Virus record (IMG/VR): IMGVR_UViG_3300038530_001416
Span: 1-40,295 of that record
Length of the DNA: 40,295 bases
Source of the DNA: a virus
Taxonomy: Duplodnaviria > Caudoviricetes
Direction: 5' to 3' (one strand)
Of this stretch, positions 35,138-40,295 are shown in pieces. Position numbers and translations under genes: made by a program. Numbering within the stretch: the stretch's first letter is position 1; the number at the start of each line of letters is the position of its first letter. The notes under the pieces were generated by a model, which saw only the letters and a list, made by a program, of their open reading frames with translations, was not told the DNA's origin and did not search any database.

Positions 35138-36269
35138 GAATATGAATGATGATGTAGAATATGTAATGAAGAATGCTAAGAGAACTCTTGGTGAAGGAAG
35201 GTGGGATAAAATCCTGAAGAGGGAGATGGTTGCACTTTCAGTCGCTGATAACTATGATGAGGCAAAGTATGAGTGGAAGGCAACAGGAGAAGTTTGGTGG
35301 CAGGGTATTGGAACTCCAAGACCTGCTTGGGCTTCAGAGCATCCCAATAAGTGCCTTTGCTCTCACTCGATTGTCTATCACTTTGAGATAGAGAACACAG
35401 AGACAGGACACAGGGATTGTGTTGGTTCAGACCACATCAATTCCTACATGGTTCTTCGTGCTATCAAGGATGAGATGGGCATTGATGAGAATGCTATCAC
35501 TGAAGAGATGATTGAGGAATGGATTAAGACTAAGGTTAGTTCCATGATGGCAACCGCTTGGTGGAACGAGAATGGTGAAGAGTTTGAAGAGATGTTCAAT
35601 GAAATCAAGGAACTTGACCTTAGAATCAACGTGCATTATACTGGAAAGTATGTGTATGATTCCAAGTTAGGTGTGAGTGTGCCTGAGACCAAGATTCGTA
35701 AGAAAGGCTCAGGTATGTTTGGTGATGAGGACTACAAGATGAGTTCTATCGTTTGGCGATGGAATCATCCTGATAATCCAAAGGCTCAGATACACACAAA
35801 GGGATATCCTAATGAGAAACTCATGATGGATTTGACTGATTTCTCTGTCAAGATAAACCGACACAAGGCTAAAGTCCTAGAAGAAGACAAGATAATTGAG
35901 GATAAAGTCAAGAGAAAACTCGCATGGGAAGAGCAACAGGAAATCAGGAAGGCTGTTTATGAGGAGCAAAGACAAGCAGAACTGAAGGATGGTTGTGATT
36001 ATTACGACATACCTCTGTTCAATAAGGAAATGGCTTCTAATGAATGGGAGAGCCGATTCCTGTTTGATATGGAAGTGCGTGTTCGTGGCCGAAAAGAACT
36101 AACAGAGAGACAATTAGAGAGTTTGATGAAGATAATCCATCGCTATAATGATAAGCCAACTGAACGTCAGGTGAATTACCTGCGGGCTTTGGGCTACGAT
36201 GGAGAAATTGAATCTTTAACGAGAGGAAAAGTATCGAAGTTGATAGACGAATTAAAGGAGGAAAAATAA
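35130..36269 (+). CDS. Hypothetical protein with zinc motif and a short C-terminal helical domain
   Basis: CLCSH.I...VGSDHI; C-terminal PTERQVNYLRALG...LTRGKVSKLID. Confidence 0.8.
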   Translation: MNKNMNDDVEYVMKNAKRTLGEGRWDKILKREMVALSVADNYDEAKYEWKATGEVWWQGIGTPRPAWASEHPNKCLCSHSIVYHFEIENTETGHRDCVGSDHINSYMVLRAIKDEMGIDENAITEEMIEEWIKTKVSSMMATAWWNENGEEFEEMFNEIKELDLRINVHYTGKYVYDSKLGVSVPETKIRKKGSGMFGDEDYKMSSIVWRWNHPDNPKAQIHTKGYPNEKLMMDLTDFSVKINRHKAKVLEEDKIIEDKVKRKLAWEEQQEIRKAVYEEQRQAELKDGCDYYDIPLFNKEMASNEWESRFLFDMEVRVRGRKELTERQLESLMKIIHRYNDKPTERQVNYLRALGYDGEIESLTRGKVSKLIDELKEEK

Positions 36270-36478
36270 TGACAAAAAAAGAAACGAAAAAGACCGAGAA
36301 GAAAGTGGATGAGAAGGATGCCCGCATCGCTGAACTTGAGCAATTGCTTGTTCAGAACAATGCGAACATTCAGACTCTAGTGAACACTGCGAACAATTAT
36401 ATCGCATTGTGCCAGCACTATGAGCAGACCATCAACATACTGACTGGTCGGATTCAAGAACTGACGAAGAAAGAATAA
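36269..36478 (+). CDS. Small coiled-coil protein
   Basis: AGGAGG RBS; heptad pattern. Confidence 0.75.
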   Translation: MTKKETKKTEKKVDEKDARIAELEQLLVQNNANIQTLVNTANNYIALCQHYEQTINILTGRIQELTKKE

Positions 36479-36496
36479 AAATTGGAGGAATAAAAA

Positions 36497-36700
36497 ATGA
36501 AATTGGTAATAGTAAATGAAACAGGACACACAGACATGACAGTGACACAAGTAGAGGTGATTGACCAAATCAATGACCACCCTACACATTGGATATTTGT
36601 AGATGGAGACATGGTAATCCGTGAGAACATCTCAGATGTCAGTTGGGAAACTGTCGATGAAGTAAGACTTGTGCCAGCAGTAGTTGGCGGCAGGTTCTGA
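36497..36700 (+). CDS. Ubiquitin-like beta-grasp (SAMP/ThiS/MoaD-like) protein
   Basis: IFVDG...DEVRLVPAVVGG-RF; 67 aa. Confidence 0.7.
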   Translation: MKLVIVNETGHTDMTVTQVEVIDQINDHPTHWIFVDGDMVIRENISDVSWETVDEVRLVPAVVGGRF

Positions 36701-36782
36701 TTAACGTAGCCCAAGTCTTAGCAGGGGTAGATTGACTGCCAAGTAGGTGCGAAGCCTACGTCTAAACTAAGGAGGACACAAA

Positions 36783-38672
36783 ATGGAATTACAACAAGAA
36801 ATAATGTCGGATATCACTGTTCACATGAAGTATGCAAAATATGATGCAGAGAAGATGAGAAGAGAGTCATGGGCAGAGATATGTCAGAGAAACAGAGACA
36901 TGCATCTGAACCATGTAGATAATCTAGACATTACAGATGAAAACAAAGAGAAACTAAAGGAAGAGATAGAGAATGTTTACACTAACTTCGTCTATCCAAA
37001 GAAAGTATTGCCTTCAATGAGGTCAATGCAGTTTGCAGGTAAGCCTGTTGAACTCTCACCTAACAGAGTTTACAACTGTGCTTACATGCCTATCGATTCA
37101 TACCTGTCATTCTCAGAGGCAATGTTCTTGCTTCTTGGCGGGACAGGAGTAGGTTATTCAGTTCAAAGACATCATGTAGAGAAACTACCTGAGATTAGAC
37201 TGCCTAACCCTAAGAGAACTTACAGACATCTGATTGCAGATTCTATCGAAGGATGGGCAGATGCAGTCAAGGTATTGTTTGAGTCTTACATTGGTAAGAG
37301 GTCAACAACCGTCAGGTTCGACTACTCAGATATCAGACCGAAAGGTGCTTTGTTGAAGACTAGTGGTGGTAAAGCACCCGGCCCTCAACCACTTAGAGAG
37401 TGTCTAGTTAAGGTCGAGGGTATTCTTTCTAACAAGAACAATGGAGATTATCTAACTACACTTGAAGCACATGACATTGTTTGTCATATTGCAGATGCAG
37501 TATTAGCAGGTGGTATTCGTAGAGCAGCACTAATCAGTCTGTTCAGTGCTGATGATGATGACATGATTACTGCAAAGTCAGGACACTTTTGGGAGAAGAA
37601 CCCACAAAGAGCAAGAGCAAACAACTCAGTTGTATTGCTACGACATAGAATCAAGAAAGACTTCTTCAACAATCTATGGAAGAGAGTTCAGGAGTCAGGA
37701 ACAGGAGAACCCGGATTCTACTTCACGAATGACAAGGATTGGGGAACTAACCCTTGTTGTGAGATAGCACTTCGACCATATCAGTTCTGCAACTTGACTG
37801 AGGTTAATGCCTCTGATGTCAAAGACCAAATGGATTTGCATGAGAGGGTAGAAGTCGCAACCATACTAGGAACACTACAAGCATCCTACACTGACTTTCA
37901 CTATCTAAGGGAGGTTTGGAAGAAGACCTCAGAGAAAGACGCATTACTTGGGGTATCGATGACTGGTATCGCAAGTAACAGAGTCTTGAATCTAGACTTG
38001 GAGAAAGCAGCGAACCATGCTAGAAGAACAAATGAGAGAATAGCAGGTCTTCTTGGAATCAAGAAATCTGCAAGGATAACTTGTGTGAAACCTGCTGGAA
38101 CTACTAGCCTAGTGCTAGGTTCTTCTTCAGGAATACATGCTTGGTTCGACAAGTATTACATCAGGAGAATCAGGGTTCTAAAGACAGAACCAATCTACGA
38201 TTATCTTGTGACTAAGTTTCCTAACTTGGTCGAGGATGATTACTTCAATCCCAATCAAGGTATTATCTCAATACCACAGAAGACACCGAAAGGTGATGTG
38301 ATAACTAGAGATGAGTCAGCGTTGGAGATGCTTGAGAGAGTCAAGCGTTTCTCAGTTGATTGGGTAATGAGTGGACACAATAGAGGTGTTAACACTCACA
38401 ATGTTTCTGCAACTGTCAACATCCGTGATGATGAATGGGATGATGTCAGAAACTGGATGTGGAAGAACAGAGACTTCTACAATGGTCTATCCGTATTGCC
38501 TTATGATGGTGGTATCTACAAGCAAGCACCATTTGAGGCAACGGACAAGAAGACCTTCGACTTGATGTTCAAGGAACTCAAGGAATTAGACTTGACTGAG
38601 ATAGTCGAGACTATGGACAACACTAACCTACAAGGCGAACTTGCTTGTGCTGGTGGAGTCTGTGAAATATGA
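36783..38672 (+). CDS. nrdJ: Class II (adenosylcobalamin-dependent) ribonucleotide reductase, monomeric RTPR type
   Basis: LPSMR, YNCAY, GGIRRAA, TNPCCEI, FCNLTE, TCVKPAGT, C-terminal CAGGVCEI; no nrdB nearby. Confidence 0.9.
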   Translation: MELQQEIMSDITVHMKYAKYDAEKMRRESWAEICQRNRDMHLNHVDNLDITDENKEKLKEEIENVYTNFVYPKKVLPSMRSMQFAGKPVELSPNRVYNCAYMPIDSYLSFSEAMFLLLGGTGVGYSVQRHHVEKLPEIRLPNPKRTYRHLIADSIEGWADAVKVLFESYIGKRSTTVRFDYSDIRPKGALLKTSGGKAPGPQPLRECLVKVEGILSNKNNGDYLTTLEAHDIVCHIADAVLAGGIRRAALISLFSADDDDMITAKSGHFWEKNPQRARANNSVVLLRHRIKKDFFNNLWKRVQESGTGEPGFYFTNDKDWGTNPCCEIALRPYQFCNLTEVNASDVKDQMDLHERVEVATILGTLQASYTDFHYLREVWKKTSEKDALLGVSMTGIASNRVLNLDLEKAANHARRTNERIAGLLGIKKSARITCVKPAGTTSLVLGSSSGIHAWFDKYYIRRIRVLKTEPIYDYLVTKFPNLVEDDYFNPNQGIISIPQKTPKGDVITRDESALEMLERVKRFSVDWVMSGHNRGVNTHNVSATVNIRDDEWDDVRNWMWKNRDFYNGLSVLPYDGGIYKQAPFEATDKKTFDLMFKELKELDLTEIVETMDNTNLQGELACAGGVCEI

Positions 38673-38977
38673 GAATGACAAAACATCAACTGTTTACAAT
38701 CGAGGGAGAAATCCTAGATTCTATGAAAACTCCTGCAAGCAAGGAGACCATAAGGAAACTGTACGTTGCGTTGGGAAATGCATCAGGTCAATGGGATGCA
38801 ATCAGCCCGAAGTATTTTTTGCAAAGATTGGAGTATCTCATAAGAATGGGACATTCTAGTATTGAAAATATAGATAAAGTAAAAGAAATGTATGATTTTA
38901 AATTGTACTATGAAAAAAATAAAGATGAAATGAGTGATTATTATGAAAATAAAAATGTTAATACCAACACCCGATGA
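38669..38977 (+). CDS. Hypothetical protein
   Basis: ATGA coupling to nrdJ. Confidence 0.65.
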   Translation: MRMTKHQLFTIEGEILDSMKTPASKETIRKLYVALGNASGQWDAISPKYFLQRLEYLIRMGHSSIENIDKVKEMYDFKLYYEKNKDEMSDYYENKNVNTNTR

Positions 38978-40175
38978 TAGAAGAGAAACTATCAATTCTA
39001 GTTTCCTATATCGAACAACTAGACAGACAAGGTATTCGATGAATTCTTATGAGTTCAATAAAAATCGAAACATGAACCACTTTGGAGAATATAGTATTCG
39101 CATAGCAAGACCTGAAATAAACAACAGAAGAACCAAGAAAGGATATGACCCCATCTTGGAGTCTATCAAAAATAGAGTATCTGCTTTGTTCTTGAGTCCT
39201 AAACGTGGATATTCAGAGTATGACGATGATTGGATATCCTATTTCGGTTGGAAATACGATGGGGAAACTGTATTGTTGTCATTGACTAAAACCAATGGCT
39301 CTTTTTTCCTCAATAACGTAAAGAAGAACAAGGAGGATTGTAGTTCGGCGTTAGCGAAGATTATTTTCTATGGTACAACAAATCGCTCTGCTGATAGACT
39401 CAGAGACTACATCAGGAAGAATGTGAATTACTCGCAGAACATAATCTATGCCTTGGAAAATAGAACACCTTATTGGTTCTTCAAAGACGGCGCAAAGGTT
39501 GATTGTAGAATTAACATGCAATTGATTGATGAAGATGAGATAGCGTTGGAAATATCTGATGGTATTTGGGGTAGCATGAAAGTTAAAGATGCTAACATCT
39601 TCATCAACTCTTACAGAAGTAATAGCACTCGTTCAAAGAAATGGTCTAATCTAAGTCCTAGAAAACTTTGGAAGGCGGTCATGAAGCGTGAGCCATCCGA
39701 ATCTGAGTTGAATCTGATGATTGCATGGCTCATGCAGAACAGGACATCTAAGATGGTAGAAGATAGAGCAATGGTTCTATTGAAAGAAATGTCTGAAAAG
39801 TATGATGATGTTTACCTTCTTGACGCTAGAAAAAGCAAAGAATACCTCGGTATAGCCTGTGCAGATTCATATCCATATGCCATGTTAGTCAGGGGAAGTA
39901 TAGGAGACTGGATTATTTATGCAAACACTAGTTCCTCAAGATATCAGAAAGTCAGTGCAGTCTTTGCTAAGGGATATAAGAAATATGATGGCCCATTTTG
40001 TATAGATAATATGCACGATAATTCAAGCATTGGAGACCAAATTGCTTCAAGGGCTATGATTTTGAAGAATGACAAACAGGCACAGAGTATGATTAACACG
40101 ATTGCTAGAGTCGAGAAGACCGATTATCGTGTGAGAGATTACAATTTAACTGATGTAATGGTGGGTTCACAATGA
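38934..40175 (+). CDS. Hypothetical protein (413 aa)
   Basis: Long ORF; no recognised motif. Confidence 0.8.
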   Translation: MIIMKIKMLIPTPDDRRETINSSFLYRTTRQTRYSMNSYEFNKNRNMNHFGEYSIRIARPEINNRRTKKGYDPILESIKNRVSALFLSPKRGYSEYDDDWISYFGWKYDGETVLLSLTKTNGSFFLNNVKKNKEDCSSALAKIIFYGTTNRSADRLRDYIRKNVNYSQNIIYALENRTPYWFFKDGAKVDCRINMQLIDEDEIALEISDGIWGSMKVKDANIFINSYRSNSTRSKKWSNLSPRKLWKAVMKREPSESELNLMIAWLMQNRTSKMVEDRAMVLLKEMSEKYDDVYLLDARKSKEYLGIACADSYPYAMLVRGSIGDWIIYANTSSSRYQKVSAVFAKGYKKYDGPFCIDNMHDNSSIGDQIASRAMILKNDKQAQSMINTIARVEKTDYRVRDYNLTDVMVGSQ

Positions 40176-40295
40176 GTCAGGTATGTGTAGAATGTAGTTG
40201 TACTTCTTCTACGTTTGATGAAAGACTAGGAGAGATTGTATGTGATGACTGTGGTTTAGTTCAAGTCGTCAGACCATTTGAGGAAACTGTATCTT
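40172..40295 (+). CDS. TFIIB/TFB-type zinc-ribbon protein, 5' fragment
   Basis: MSQVCVECSCTSSTFDERLGEIVCDDCGLV matches the CxxC...D...GExVCxxCGxV TFIIB ribbon. Confidence 0.75.
   Translation, partial: MSQVCVECSCTSSTFDERLGEIVCDDCGLVQVVRPFEETVS

Noticed and set aside
36701-36765. tRNA gene (TAGCCCAAG and T-arm-like hairpin)
   Set aside because: No acceptor stem or anticodon arm can be built and there is no GTTC consensus

Overview
This is a 40 kb fragment of a tailed (HK97-fold) virus genome, most likely infecting an archaeon. Evidence for an archaeal host: GAGGTGA-type ribosome-binding sites, TATA-like leaderless promoters and a TFIIB-type zinc ribbon. The gene content is what I would expect of marine Euryarchaeota (Poseidoniales/MGII) 'magroviruses', but that is inference. 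Positions 1-26.7 kb are a minus-strand morphogenesis module with MCP, prohead protease/scaffold, ATP-dependent ligase, portal, a LAGLIDADG protein, TerL and two GNATs. About 17 otherwise unrelated ORFs in this module share a short W-x-[DEQN]-[ITVAL]-[LVM]-[KR] tag, usually at the N-terminus. Positions 27.0-31.1 kb form a regular array of units separated by the palindrome (T)ACCATATGGT(A). The four protein-coding units each have matched terminal inverted repeats, a fixed-spacing promoter and a UNCG hairpin at the 3' end. Two further units are copies of a covarying structured non-coding element. An AT-rich divergence point (about 31.2-31.6 kb) is followed by plus-strand genes: a DUF1599-like protein, a ~800 nt hairpin-dense non-coding region, a pyrimidine-dimer glycosylase, a ubiquitin/SAMP-like protein, a class II ribonucleotide reductase and a truncated TFB-like gene. 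All calls come from reading the sequence by eye; no database searches were run.
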